Shown: positions 1-9,923, counted from the stretch's first letter. The stretch is DNA of 64,000 nucleotides from an uncultured Clostridia bacterium (GCA_944387385.1 CALXES010000003.1:93-64092), one strand, 5' to 3'. Notes: generated from the letters alone by a model not told the origin. Program-made: numbers and translations.

Positions 1-15
1 TTAAAGGGGTACTAT

Positions 16-945
16 ATGAAATACAAAAACTATTATGCAATATTAGAAGTAAACAGAAAAAGTTCTGATCAAGATATAAAATTAAATTTTAGGAGACTAG
101 CAAAAGAATACCATCCTGATAAAAACAAGACACCAGGAGCAGAGGAAAAATTTAAAGATATAAATGAAGCATATGCCGTATTAATGGATCCAGAAAAAAG
201 AAGAAAATATGATAGACAAGTGGCAAAATATGGGTATGGATTTGCAAATATTGAATCTAGCTTACAAGATGTAAAATACGAATTTAAATCAGGAGCAAAT
301 GTTTTTAATGATCTTCTAAGTCAAATCTTAGGTTTTAAGAAAGATAATAACTCACAAAGCACCTCTGATGACATAGATTCACAAGATAGAAAACAAAAGC
401 CAATAAAAGGAACAGATATAGTTACTCACTTAGATGTAACACTTGAAGAAGGCTTTTTTGGTGCAGAAAAGAAAATTGCTATTAAAGCATATAAAACAGG
501 AATGAAAACCTTCTCTGTAAAAGTTCCAGTGGGAATAAAAAATGGAGATAAAATAAGACTTGCAGCTTTAGGTAACCCTGGAAAAAATGGTGGTAAAAAT
601 GGAGATTTAATAATTCATGTTAAACTACTTGAAGACGATGAATTTAAAGTGTCAGGTTTAGATTTGATAAAAGAAATAAATGTAACACCTGCTGTTGCCG
701 CACTTGGTGGAAAATACAAATTACAAGTTATGGATGAAAAGCTATTTGTATCTTTACCAAAGCACTTAAGAGATGGTGAAGTAGTAACAGTACCAAATAA
801 AGGATATATTGCAGAAGATGGCTCAAGAGGAGACTTAAATTTGAAAGTTCATATTGATTTACCAGACGATATATCTGAAAGAGAAGAAAAATTATACGAA
901 CAGATTCTAAAAATAGAAAGAAAAAGAGAAGAATTTAACTATTAA
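16..945 (+). CDS. DnaJ-class co-chaperone (CbpA/class B type)
   Basis: N-terminal J domain with HPD motif (YHPDKN), C-terminal DnaJ_C-type region, no Cys-rich zinc finger. Confidence 0.9.
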   Translation: MKYKNYYAILEVNRKSSDQDIKLNFRRLAKEYHPDKNKTPGAEEKFKDINEAYAVLMDPEKRRKYDRQVAKYGYGFANIESSLQDVKYEFKSGANVFNDLLSQILGFKKDNNSQSTSDDIDSQDRKQKPIKGTDIVTHLDVTLEEGFFGAEKKIAIKAYKTGMKTFSVKVPVGIKNGDKIRLAALGNPGKNGGKNGDLIIHVKLLEDDEFKVSGLDLIKEINVTPAVAALGGKYKLQVMDEKLFVSLPKHLRDGEVVTVPNKGYIAEDGSRGDLNLKVHIDLPDDISEREEKLYEQILKIERKREEFNY

Positions 946-976
946 AAAAGAATACATAAATCATGTATTCTTTTTT
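944..976. terminator. bidirectional intrinsic terminator
   Basis: AAAAAAGAATACAT...ATGTATTCTTTTTT hairpin between convergent genes. Confidence 0.8.
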
Positions 977-1751
977 ATTTAAACATCTTGTATGTATTAT
1001 CGATCTTTACAAGCTGTGTTTTTACATATTTTGGAAAATAATCTTCATAATCCTTATAATTTGAAAAAAATCTTATATGCGATGCATATATCTTTTTTAC
1101 ATTTAGCTTTGACGTATCTCTTAAGATATCTTTTGTTCTTCCATGATAGTTTCTAAAAGAGTTAAATCTCTTTTTAGGATATCCAGCATCTATAAGGACC
1201 GCTTCACTTCCCCATACGAAATCTTTTAATTCTTCTGAATACTTTGCTATATCTGAAGTATACACAAACCATTTATCCTTTATCTGTATTTTCGTAGCAT
1301 ATGATTCTCCTCTATGAATTGTTTTACAAAAAGTAAATTTTGCATCATCTATTTTCATCATAAACTTCTCATCTAACACATGAATATTAAATACGCCCTT
1401 AAATTCAGTAATGATATTATATACTATACTTTTATGCGGCAAAACAACATCAACCACTACTTTTTTCTTATGTGTTAAATTATATATGTACAGATATAAT
1501 GCTAATGAAAGTAAAGATAAGTTATGATCTACATGATTATGTGATATTATAATTAGTATATTACTTAAATCAATCTTTCCTTCTTTTACCATTCTTATAA
1601 ATTTTGAAAAAACGCCAGCTCCAAAATCTAAAAAAATATGTTGATTAAACCCTTCAAGCATATAACAAGTACTCTTACATTTTCCAAAAGTTCGTATATT
1701 TGGGGAATAATTACCAAGAACATAAAATTTGAAATTATTCATCATATCCAA
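975..1751 (-). CDS. MBL-fold metallo-hydrolase (RNase Z/BN-like)
   Basis: SHNHVDH (HxHxDH) motif, DFGAG, YTSD and later His motifs. Confidence 0.75.
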   Translation of the reverse strand: MDMMNNFKFYVLGNYSPNIRTFGKCKSTCYMLEGFNQHIFLDFGAGVFSKFIRMVKEGKIDLSNILIIISHNHVDHNLSLLSLALYLYIYNLTHKKKVVVDVVLPHKSIVYNIITEFKGVFNIHVLDEKFMMKIDDAKFTFCKTIHRGESYATKIQIKDKWFVYTSDIAKYSEELKDFVWGSEAVLIDAGYPKKRFNSFRNYHGRTKDILRDTSKLNVKKIYASHIRFFSNYKDYEDYFPKYVKTQLVKIDNTYKMFK

Positions 1752-1846
1752 TCACATCCTATAAATTATTATTTGATTATCTTTTGCAAATATGCGTTAT
1801 ATATTATATCACCTTTGTCAAAAAATACAAAAAATTGGTAAGAATT

Positions 1847-2851
1847 TTATCTTACCAATTTCTTTTTTAATATTCTTATATCTTCACCTACAAATCTACA
1901 AATCATAAAATCGCCTACAAATCTTGAAAAAATTCTCTCTTCATACTCTCTTTTTATTTCTTGTGGTGTTAAGTTTGTAGATATTAAAATTTTTTTATTT
2001 TTTAGAAGTCTTGTATTTAAAATATTAAATAATTCACTAAATTTAGCTCCATTCATTGCCTCAGTTCCCAAATCATCTATTATTAATAAATCCACATCAA
2101 ATATTTTATCATACTCTTCTCTTTCTGCTTCTGTTTTATTAAATTTAAATTTATAATCAACCATTTTATCAAGTAAAATTGGTGCTGTTTGATAAATAAC
2201 AGATTTACCACTCTTAAGTACTTCTGCAGCAACACAATTTGCTAAAAAAGTCTTCCCTAGTCCTGTACTACCTGTAAACAAAAGATTTTTTTGCTGTGGA
2301 TCATCTAAATTATGCGAAAAATTATATGCAAGTCTTCTTATTCCATCTATATTTTCAAGTGGAGATTTCTCTATTCCATACTTCTCCTTGTCATTTGTTG
2401 ATGAATAATATCCAAAATCAAAAGTCTCAAAATTTTCATCTTTAATTTTAAACATATTAGATTGCTTAAAAGACTCATTAATTAACTCTTGATTAAAACA
2501 ACTACACATCTTATTTCCAATATATCCTGTATCATTACATTTAGTACACTCATACTTTGGTTCAAAATCTCTTTTTGAAAGACCAATTCTTGCTAGCTGT
2601 TCTTCATATTCTTTATTTAACTTATTGAGTTGTAAAGTTAGATTTTCTTGCTCTATCTGTCTTGTAAAATCATCCGAAAAAATTCTAGACTTAATAGATT
2701 TTAATGAAATCTTATTAATTTTATCTTCGATTTGTGCAAGTTTAGGATTCTCGTCATATACATTCTTTTTAAAGTGTCTTGCATCACTTTGAGCTTTCTG
2801 CCTCTTTACACTATAATCTCTTTCTACTTTTCTATAAACACTACTTTGCAT
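1847..2851 (-). CDS. DnaC/DnaI-like helicase loader ATPase
   Basis: CxxC..CxC zinc motif, Walker A GSTGLGKT, Walker B LLIIDDLG, ISTNL; follows a DnaD-domain gene. Confidence 0.85.
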   Translation of the reverse strand: MQSSVYRKVERDYSVKRQKAQSDARHFKKNVYDENPKLAQIEDKINKISLKSIKSRIFSDDFTRQIEQENLTLQLNKLNKEYEEQLARIGLSKRDFEPKYECTKCNDTGYIGNKMCSCFNQELINESFKQSNMFKIKDENFETFDFGYYSSTNDKEKYGIEKSPLENIDGIRRLAYNFSHNLDDPQQKNLLFTGSTGLGKTFLANCVAAEVLKSGKSVIYQTAPILLDKMVDYKFKFNKTEAEREEYDKIFDVDLLIIDDLGTEAMNGAKFSELFNILNTRLLKNKKILISTNLTPQEIKREYEERIFSRFVGDFMICRFVGEDIRILKKKLVR

Positions 2852-2865
2852 ATGACTCCCCTCCT

Positions 2866-3837
2866 TTATATATCATCATAAAAGTCATCTGTATTATCAT
2901 ACTCTCTTTGTGAATAACTTTGATAACTCTTTTTTCTTGAATCAGATACTGTTCTTTTTATCTCTGACTTTTTCTCTGGTAAAGATTTAGGACTTTCATT
3001 TTCTTCAATTTCTTGTACTGTTTTAAATCCCTTTTTATACCAACTTGTAATAATTGCATCAATATACTTTATTGATGGATTTGTTGTAGATGTACTCCTT
3101 TTTAGTCCCTCTTCAATAATATCAAAATCATAACCATATTCTTCTATCCATTTTTTTACATATACTTCTTCATATTTAGATAAGCTTCTACCAAGATTTA
3201 AAGCTCTTGAAATCTTCTGTTTTATTTTATTAAACTTATCATAATTATCTAAAAAGCTTTCTAGTTCTTCAAATGTTCTTACACCGCCATTATGCCAAGT
3301 CTCTGCAACTGCAAAAACATATTTTCTATTTAAAGCTTTTCTCTCTTTACAGTACTGAAAAAGTGCTATCATTACTTCTTCTGAAAAAGAGTACATATTA
3401 AATAAATTTCCAATATCTGTACTCCAATTAAAGGTCATAAGTCCATTAAAAAAGCTCTCGCAAATGGCATCGACCGCAGCTTTTCTTTTTTCATCTATAA
3501 CATTTTCATATTTTTTCTGTCTATTATCAAATTTAGGAGTATATGATTTATTTATTTCCATTTCTTTTAAGTCTATTACTACAACACCTCTTGTTGTTTT
3601 TTGAAGAAGTCCTTCTGCCTGTAATACCTCGACACTTGTTTTTACTTCATCATTTGATAGTCCTAAGTCCTTAACTATCATATCAGAATCAACATCAGCA
3701 CCTTTTTTTAGCAAATACAAAATATACATATATACTTTTATATCATTCCCGCTTAAAGTTTTCATATTATTTTGAATAAATAAATCTGGCACTAAAGTAT
3801 CTCCTAGTTCCAGTTTGTTTTTTTGAACAAATTTCAT
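2866..3837 (-). CDS. DnaD/DnaB_2-domain replication protein
   Basis: Two YxxxIxxxW-type motifs (YVFAVAETW, YIDAIITSW), C-terminal SQREYD; upstream of the loader ATPase. Confidence 0.85.
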   Translation of the reverse strand: MKFVQKNKLELGDTLVPDLFIQNNMKTLSGNDIKVYMYILYLLKKGADVDSDMIVKDLGLSNDEVKTSVEVLQAEGLLQKTTRGVVVIDLKEMEINKSYTPKFDNRQKKYENVIDEKRKAAVDAICESFFNGLMTFNWSTDIGNLFNMYSFSEEVMIALFQYCKERKALNRKYVFAVAETWHNGGVRTFEELESFLDNYDKFNKIKQKISRALNLGRSLSKYEEVYVKKWIEEYGYDFDIIEEGLKRSTSTTNPSIKYIDAIITSWYKKGFKTVQEIEENESPKSLPEKKSEIKRTVSDSRKKSYQSYSQREYDNTDDFYDDI

Positions 3838-3906
3838 AAATAAATCTCCTACTTAACTGGGGTTCATTATATCACTTTTAGAGTTTTTTTTCAATATACT
3901 ATTTTT

Positions 3907-4236
3907 CTACAATTTTTTATATATTGATTTTTTCATATTAAAACAATTTTCACTACAATATATTCTCCTAAACATCATAAACTTTATAATAATATATAAT
4001 TTATCTATTATACTTTCTTCATTTATATTTAATAATATAAAAATAATTAAAGGTAGTATTAAATTAACAATAATATATAATCTTAGAGTATACGATATAT
4101 TAAAACAAAAAACAAATTTAACTATTAAATAAACATACATAATACTAAATACAAGTGTTTTATAATCAATTATTCCAAGCCATCTATTTTTCTTATTATA
4201 ATAATTAAATACTTCTTGTTTGTTAATTTTTTCCAT
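3907..4236 (-). CDS. PrgI/VirB3-like small membrane protein (putative)
   Basis: RWLGIIDYKTL followed by two TM helices and a basic tail; downstream of VirB2-like and VirB6-like genes. Confidence 0.5.
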   Translation of the reverse strand: MEKINKQEVFNYYNKKNRWLGIIDYKTLVFSIMYVYLIVKFVFCFNISYTLRLYIIVNLILPLIIFILLNINEESIIDKLYIIIKFMMFRRIYCSENCFNMKKSIYKKL

Positions 4237-5029
4237 AACTTTTTAAATCTCCCATAATTTGACAAATTTTAAACATAACAACAATACTTCCTATAAGTAT
4301 TGGAATATATATATCTTCTTCTTTTTTTGATACTACTGGAATATAAATAATGATATAATTAAAAGTTTGAATTAAAAGATTAAAAACAAATATTTTTAGC
4401 CATATATAAAAATATATTTTTGATCTGTTGCTAATTAAACATAAAAACAAAATAGGTGATAAAATAATACATATATTTATAATAAAATATCTTACAGAAA
4501 AGAAAACAACAAGAGCTAATATAAAGATACAGACCATTATATCCTTAAGTCCATTTATTCCTCTTTTATCTGCAAACTTAAAAAAATCATCTAATGTAGA
4601 AATATTATCTTCTAAAAATCTGTAATCTATTTTTTCATTTGAAACCTCTTCTAAAAAGCTCTTTGTTATATCAGATAAAAAGTAATTAATATCAACAATT
4701 TCTTTACATATATCAAATGCATTTGAACTTATAATAGATATTATTATTATCTTAACTATAAAATAATATATATTATTTATTGATGTATTACTGTACAAAG
4801 AAATTATATTTTTAAATACATAATATAAAATAATACCAGAGATAATAGCATTTAAAATTAAAATAATATTGTTTATATTTTTACCTGTAGATAGTGACTT
4901 TAATGGCTCCTTACTAAAAATATCTATAGAAATTATAGAGATATTATCAATAAATTTGTACCCTTCTGATTTAATAGAAGAATAAAACACTGTTAAAATA
5001 TCATTAAGATTATTAAATATGTTCTCCAT
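4223..5029 (-). CDS. VirB6/TrbL-like polytopic membrane protein (putative)
   Basis: About 5-6 TM helices with central hydrophilic loop; VRYF..I..ILSPI.F......WLKIF..LLIQ pattern typical of VirB6-like proteins; start overlaps pilin stop (TAATG). Confidence 0.6.
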   Translation of the reverse strand: MENIFNNLNDILTVFYSSIKSEGYKFIDNISIISIDIFSKEPLKSLSTGKNINNIILILNAIISGIILYYVFKNIISLYSNTSINNIYYFIVKIIIISIISSNAFDICKEIVDINYFLSDITKSFLEEVSNEKIDYRFLEDNISTLDDFFKFADKRGINGLKDIMVCIFILALVVFFSVRYFIINICIILSPILFLCLISNRSKIYFYIWLKIFVFNLLIQTFNYIIIYIPVVSKKEEDIYIPILIGSIVVMFKICQIMGDLKSYGKN

Positions 5030-5352
5030 TATTTAGCTACAGTCTCAATAAATTTAATAATAACATCTAACAGCCTTATTGCAGCATATCCAACAACACT
5101 ATTTATGATTATCTGTTTTCCCATAATTAACTTTCTTTCGTCGCCAAAACTTAATTTTCTTATTAATATACCACTTGTAATACATACTCCCGCTATAGGT
5201 GTTGATATTTTTTCAAGATATCCTTGAATTTTGTTAAATGCTGAATTTATTTTTGTAACAAGACTTGGTGTAGATGAAGCAGCATATACACTAGATAAAA
5301 GTATACAATTGCAAGTTATTAACAATATACACATAATAAATCTATACTTCAT
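5029..5352 (-). CDS. VirB2/TrbC-like pilin (putative)
   Basis: 107 aa; signal peptide ending VYA-A; two hydrophobic helices separated by a charged loop (FGDERKLIMGK), ending NSVVGY..I..L..II.FI. Confidence 0.65.
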   Translation of the reverse strand: MKYRFIMCILLITCNCILLSSVYAASSTPSLVTKINSAFNKIQGYLEKISTPIAGVCITSGILIRKLSFGDERKLIMGKQIIINSVVGYAAIRLLDVIIKFIETVAK

Positions 5353-5711
5353 AAGACCACCCTTTCAAAACATAGTGTGATTCAAATATATCTTTTTTTG
5401 CAAAACCAAGCTGTGAAAATGTATCTTTCAAAAATGAACGCTTTTCTCCCCACAAAAGTATCATAGTCACAAAATAATACATTTAAGAATATAATATTAT
5501 GAAAAAACAAAATAGAAAAAAATATTTAGAATAAAATAATTTAGATTAAAATATTTGAATCACGGGTAATATACTAACACTCTATTTAAACTCTCACAAT
5601 ACTTTTTGACTAATGTTATAAAAGTAGTGCTTTTGCAAATAATAAATTGTAGAAATATTGTATTAAATAATTTAAAATTTGATATTTTTTTTATAATTTT
5701 GAAAAAATCTA

Positions 5712-5740
5712 TTGACAAGGTCCCAAAATTGTAGTATTAT
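5712..5740 (+). promoter_or_regulatory. sigma-A promoter of the tRNA operon
   Basis: TTGACA-17 bp-TATTAT with AT-rich upstream region. Confidence 0.8.
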
Positions 5741-5783
5741 ATATGCGCAGTCAGTTGTGAAACTGATTGTAATATACTTTGTT

Positions 5784-5859
5784 GGGCCATTAGCTCAGTT
5801 GGCAGAGCACTTGACTTTTAATCAAGTTGTCCGCAGTTCGAATCTGCGATGGCTCACCA
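5784..5859 (+). tRNA. tRNA-Lys(TTT)
   Basis: Cloverleaf; anticodon arm CTTGA-CTTTTAA-TCAAG; GTTCGAAT T loop; encoded CCA. Confidence 0.97.
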
Positions 5860-5866
5860 TAAATGG

Positions 5867-5941
5867 GGCCCGTTGGTCAATCGGTTAAGACATCGCCCTT
5901 TCACGGCGGAGTGAGGAGTTCGACTCTCCTACGGGTCACCA
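5867..5941 (+). tRNA. tRNA-Glu(TTC)
   Basis: Acceptor stem GGCCCGT/ACGGGTC; anticodon loop CTTTCAC; CCA end. Confidence 0.97.
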
Positions 5942-5954
5942 TTAAAAGTATATT

Positions 5955-6030
5955 GCCGGAATAGCTCAGTTGGTAGAGCAACGGTCTTGTAAACCGTAGG
6001 TCCTCAGTTCGAATCTGAGTTTCGGCTCCA
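5955..6030 (+). tRNA. tRNA-Thr(TGT)
   Basis: Anticodon arm ACGGT-CTTGTAA-ACCGT; CCA end. Confidence 0.97.
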
Positions 6031-6041
6031 TTAAAAATGGT

Positions 6042-6076
6042 AAAGCAAGTAATCTTTTAAGGTTACTTGTTTTTTT
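6042..6076 (+). terminator. intrinsic terminator after the tRNA operon
   Basis: GCAAGTAATC...GGTTACTTGT hairpin plus T run. Confidence 0.8.
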
Positions 6077-6124
6077 ATTGCTTTTTTTTCTAAATCATGT
6101 ATCATTTTTATAGGAGGGATATAT

Positions 6125-6586
6125 ATGAAAAAAGATAAAACAATAATACTAACTTTGTCAATTATAATTATCGTTTTAGTTTTAGGATTACTAGGATATA
6201 CTTGGTACAAATATCAGTCAGAAAAAGTACTATCTGATAGTTTAAAGCAAATACAACTCTTAAATGAAATTTATTCAGATTTTATATCTAAAAACAAAAA
6301 AGAAAACGCTACTATTACATTTGACAACAGTGCTTTAACTAACTTTATAACTAAAGAAATATATAGTAATAGTGATATAGAGAAATTAAAAGAACTAGAA
6401 ATAAATCTTGAAAATCCGAATAAAACATTTACTTTTAGCATAATGTATGATGATATATCAAATTGTTTAACATTGTTTTTAAAAGAAAATGGTAGTAGTC
6501 ATTCAATATCTAAAAATTATTACTTAAATCCTAGTCCATTTAATATAAATTATAAAACTAATAATATTAGTACAATTACTAATTAA
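6125..6586 (+). CDS. hypothetical protein with N-terminal membrane anchor
   Basis: AGGAGG RBS, single N-terminal TM helix, followed by a terminator hairpin. Confidence 0.7.
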   Translation: MKKDKTIILTLSIIIIVLVLGLLGYTWYKYQSEKVLSDSLKQIQLLNEIYSDFISKNKKENATITFDNSALTNFITKEIYSNSDIEKLKELEINLENPNKTFTFSIMYDDISNCLTLFLKENGSSHSISKNYYLNPSPFNINYKTNNISTITN

Positions 6587-6591
6587 TAAAT

Positions 6592-6622
6592 AAAAACACT
6601 TCATTTTTGAAGTGTTTTTTTT
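6592..6622. terminator. bidirectional intrinsic terminator
   Basis: AAAAACACTTCA...TGAAGTGTTTTT. Confidence 0.8.
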
Positions 6623-7583
6623 ACATTATAACGTTTTTAGGATTAGTAATATTTTCAGTTATAAATCTAATAACCTTACCATTTTTTATAGTAGCTTCAG
6701 TAATTTTAGCACAAGGATAAGATGTGTTTTCATTTAATACACCTTTATCATCAAACACCATACCTGCTGTTGAAGTAATCATTATTCCTCCTAAAGCCTG
6801 TAAACAGGTTACGTGATAATGACCAAATTGAACAAAACATATATTATAATTTCTATTTTTTATAATAACGTTATCACTCATATTTTCAAACTGTTGCCAC
6901 ATTTCTTTTTCTATTTTATATGACTTAGTATATGCAAGCTTTCCTGTTCCGTGCTGAAGTCTTTTTACTACACCTTGTATTACTAAGTTTGCGACCATTT
7001 CATTTATATGATGGAATTCTATTCCTTTTTCACTAAGTCGTCTTTGCACTAAAATAATAGGATTAATCGAATCACCTTTTTCAAATGATAAGTCTCTTTC
7101 ACCATTAATACAGTAATACTTAAATTCTGGATATTTTGAAAATAATTCTATGGCAATTTCTGCTTGTTCTTGAGCTGTTTTTGCTGTAAGATATAAGTCT
7201 TGCTTTTTATATGAAGGATGTCCTGCACATAAATCTCCAGCTATATGAACATTAGTAATCCCTTCTTTTTTAGCAAGTTCAAGAACATAATTTAGTGTAT
7301 CCATATCACAAAATTTACTTCCAAGATAAATATCACTTAATTCTAGCCACTTTTCTGTTACTTCTTCCTTACTTGAAAAAGAAATTATCTCATAGTTGTT
7401 TTCATTAAACTTTGTTATATAATACGTATTATTTGCCTTATTATAATTAATATTTCCAGTTGCTGATATTAATTCTTCAATTTCTTCTTTACTTAGTTCT
7501 AATTCTTCAAGTGTACAAGCTTTGGTTCGCATTTTTGAAAGTGCATTAGTTGCTTTTTGTGAGGTTAAAAAATCTTCATTCAT
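6621..7583 (-). CDS. calcineurin-like metallophosphoesterase paralog with degenerate active site
   Basis: SDIYLG, GDLCAG, GERD and GHYH align to the neighbour's SDLHTG, GDLLDG, GNHD and GHFH; start moved to MNEDF after a GAGGAGG RBS. Confidence 0.75.
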   Translation of the reverse strand: MNEDFLTSQKATNALSKMRTKACTLEELELSKEEIEELISATGNINYNKANNTYYITKFNENNYEIISFSSKEEVTEKWLELSDIYLGSKFCDMDTLNYVLELAKKEGITNVHIAGDLCAGHPSYKKQDLYLTAKTAQEQAEIAIELFSKYPEFKYYCINGERDLSFEKGDSINPIILVQRRLSEKGIEFHHINEMVANLVIQGVVKRLQHGTGKLAYTKSYKIEKEMWQQFENMSDNVIIKNRNYNICFVQFGHYHVTCLQALGGIMITSTAGMVFDDKGVLNENTSYPCAKITEATIKNGKVIRFITENITNPKNVIM

Positions 7584-7585
7584 AA

Positions 7586-8542
7586 TTATCCCTCCTCTTT
7601 CCAAGGATTATAAAATTCAATTTTTTCCTTGGCAATTTTGTCGCCAACTATTATAAGCTCTCTAAATACTCCACCTGTTTTTCCTGATATTCCCATTCTT
7701 TTTTCCAAATCACCATCATGCTGAAAATTACCTGGCATTATTATAGTAATTCCACTCATAGACAATGCATAAAAAGTATGAAAATGTCCAGCTTGTATGC
7801 TTCTTAAATTATATATCTTTCCTCCTATGTGTACATCATTTAAGTTACTTTCAAATACTCTTGAAAGATATACTTGTACCTTATATGACGCTGCTCTTGC
7901 TGCTCCACCTTGTAGATGAATTAATCTAAATACAATTCCAGCATGAATTATATTCCCTTCATATGCATTTAGATAGGTAAATCTTTTACCAATTTTTGCC
8001 ATTTTGGCCTCAAGATACTTGATTGGATCTAATCCACCTTTCATACAGAAAGATTGATCATGATTTCCTGTACTAGCTATATACCAAAAGTCATATTTTT
8101 CAAGTATCGCCATCAACTCGTTTACTTGCTCAATAGCTTTATTTGATTTCAAATTATTCTCTTGACCTCTATATACACCAAAGCCATCAAGTAAGTCTCC
8201 TGAGATGTGTACAAATTCCACGCCTCTTTTTTTTGCCTCTTGGAGTGTTTTATCTAATCCTTGTTTATCAAAATTTCTACACCCAGTATGCAAATCTGAT
8301 ATCTCCAAAAGCTTAAGCTTAATTTCTTGTCCTTTACTTGGTGAATCTGAAATTTTAATATAAGCACTGTCTCCTGATGTAACTATATAATAAACATAAT
8401 CACTTACTCTTGGATCATATTGTTCCTTTATATTATATCCAACATCTCTTAGATAAATTATATCCTCCATAGATAATCTTAGTTGCTTTAACGTGAGCTG
8501 ATTTTTTTTCATCTTATCAATTATTTTGCTATAATTTTTCAT
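7586..8542 (-). CDS. calcineurin-like metallophosphoesterase (PolD DP1-like)
   Basis: Full motif set DxH, GDxxD (GDLLDGFGVYRGQE), GNHD, H, GHxH. Confidence 0.85.
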   Translation of the reverse strand: MKNYSKIIDKMKKNQLTLKQLRLSMEDIIYLRDVGYNIKEQYDPRVSDYVYYIVTSGDSAYIKISDSPSKGQEIKLKLLEISDLHTGCRNFDKQGLDKTLQEAKKRGVEFVHISGDLLDGFGVYRGQENNLKSNKAIEQVNELMAILEKYDFWYIASTGNHDQSFCMKGGLDPIKYLEAKMAKIGKRFTYLNAYEGNIIHAGIVFRLIHLQGGAARAASYKVQVYLSRVFESNLNDVHIGGKIYNLRSIQAGHFHTFYALSMSGITIIMPGNFQHDGDLEKRMGISGKTGGVFRELIIVGDKIAKEKIEFYNPWKEEG

Positions 8543-8728
8543 AAAAATCCCTCCTTAAATTTAATTTTTAGGAAATCAAGCAAATATTCATTTAGCTCAT
8601 CATAATTAACAACTGACCCAATTATATATTAAAAAAATTTGTGTGTCAATAAATTTTTTTGACATGAATTTAATATTAACAAATTGTAAAATATATGTTA
8701 TAATTTGTCTGATTTTAGGAGGAAAATT

Positions 8729-9316
8729 ATGTCAAAACTCTATTTTAGATACGGAGCAATGGGAAGTGGAAAAACTATTGATTTATTAAAGGTTGCATAT
8801 AACTATAAAGAAAGAGGTCAAGAAGTATTAATATATACTGCAAAAATTGACGATAGATACGAAGTAGGAAAAGTAACTACAAGGATTGGAATACAATCAG
8901 ATGCTTTACTTTTTGACAAAGAAACAAATATTTACAGAGATACAAAAAAACTAGATAGAAAACCTGATTGTATTTTAATAGACGAAGCTCAATTTTTAAC
9001 AAGAAGACAAGTGTTACAACTTAGTGATATCGTAGATTATTTAGATATACCAATCATTTGCTACGGATTAAGAACTAATTTTAAGATTAAATTTTTTGAG
9101 GGCTCAAGAGCTTTAATGGAACTTGCAGATAAAATAGAAGAAATTAAAACCATATGTGAATGTGGAAAAAAAGCAACTGTAAACTTAAGAATGATTAATG
9201 GCGTACCTGTTACATCAGGACCAGATATTTTAATTGGTGGAAACGATTCATACAAAGCAGTTTGCAGAAAATGCTATAAAAAACTAACACATCATGTACC
9301 AGGAATATATAATTAA
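8729..9316 (+). CDS. tdk: thymidine kinase
   Basis: YGAMGSGKT, DEAQF, YGLRTNF..FEGS, C-terminal CxC/CxxC; ATG after AGGAGG. Confidence 0.95.
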   Translation: MSKLYFRYGAMGSGKTIDLLKVAYNYKERGQEVLIYTAKIDDRYEVGKVTTRIGIQSDALLFDKETNIYRDTKKLDRKPDCILIDEAQFLTRRQVLQLSDIVDYLDIPIICYGLRTNFKIKFFEGSRALMELADKIEEIKTICECGKKATVNLRMINGVPVTSGPDILIGGNDSYKAVCRKCYKKLTHHVPGIYN

Positions 9317-9380
9317 TAAATTTTCACCAGCCTAGCTGGGGTTTTCTATAAACAAAAAAAGATGGATTTTTTAATCCATC

Positions 9381-9923
9381 TTATAAACATACTTGAATAA
9401 TTTCTTCATACTCATATTTAGGAATATTTATATCCTGTAAAACAAGTATCCAAGAATCTCTATCAATTCTTTCTAAACTAAAACAAATATACATTCCACT
9501 AGGAAAACAATAATTAGAATTGTCAGACTCCAATGGCGGAAGTTTATTAATAATTTTTTTCATGTTTTTATTTGCCCCAGGATATTTCCGACATTCAAAA
9601 CCATATTCTAAGTAACATCTTACTCCAGCATTAGCAAAAAAATTTCTCTCAAACCTAGCTCCTCCATTATTAAGATGTTCATTTACTTTATAAATCTTTC
9701 CTTTAATATCTTCAACAAAATTATCATAAAATGCTTTTTTCACTTTAAGTGGTGCTCCATTTTTCTTAAAAAAGTAATAAAAACCATCTTCGTGCTTTAC
9801 ATCAATAATTTTCACCCGACTTTCAATATCAAGATAATTGCTAATTAAATTGACAATTTTACTTAAAGAAAATTCATAAAATTCACCATTAAGTCTAGCA
9901 GATACTAATAATTCTTTTTCCAT
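9381..9923 (-). CDS. hypothetical protein
   Basis: ORF with AGGAGG RBS before MEKELL, upstream TTGATA-17-TATAAT, downstream hairpin. Confidence 0.65.
   Translation of the reverse strand: MEKELLVSARLNGEFYEFSLSKIVNLISNYLDIESRVKIIDVKHEDGFYYFFKKNGAPLKVKKAFYDNFVEDIKGKIYKVNEHLNNGGARFERNFFANAGVRCYLEYGFECRKYPGANKNMKKIINKLPPLESDNSNYCFPSGMYICFSLERIDRDSWILVLQDINIPKYEYEEIIQVCL

Noticed and set aside
5342-5482. 46-codon minus-strand frame (MYYFVTMILLWGEK...) overlapping the pilin start
   Set aside because: No Shine-Dalgarno sequence and no recognisable features; likely chance
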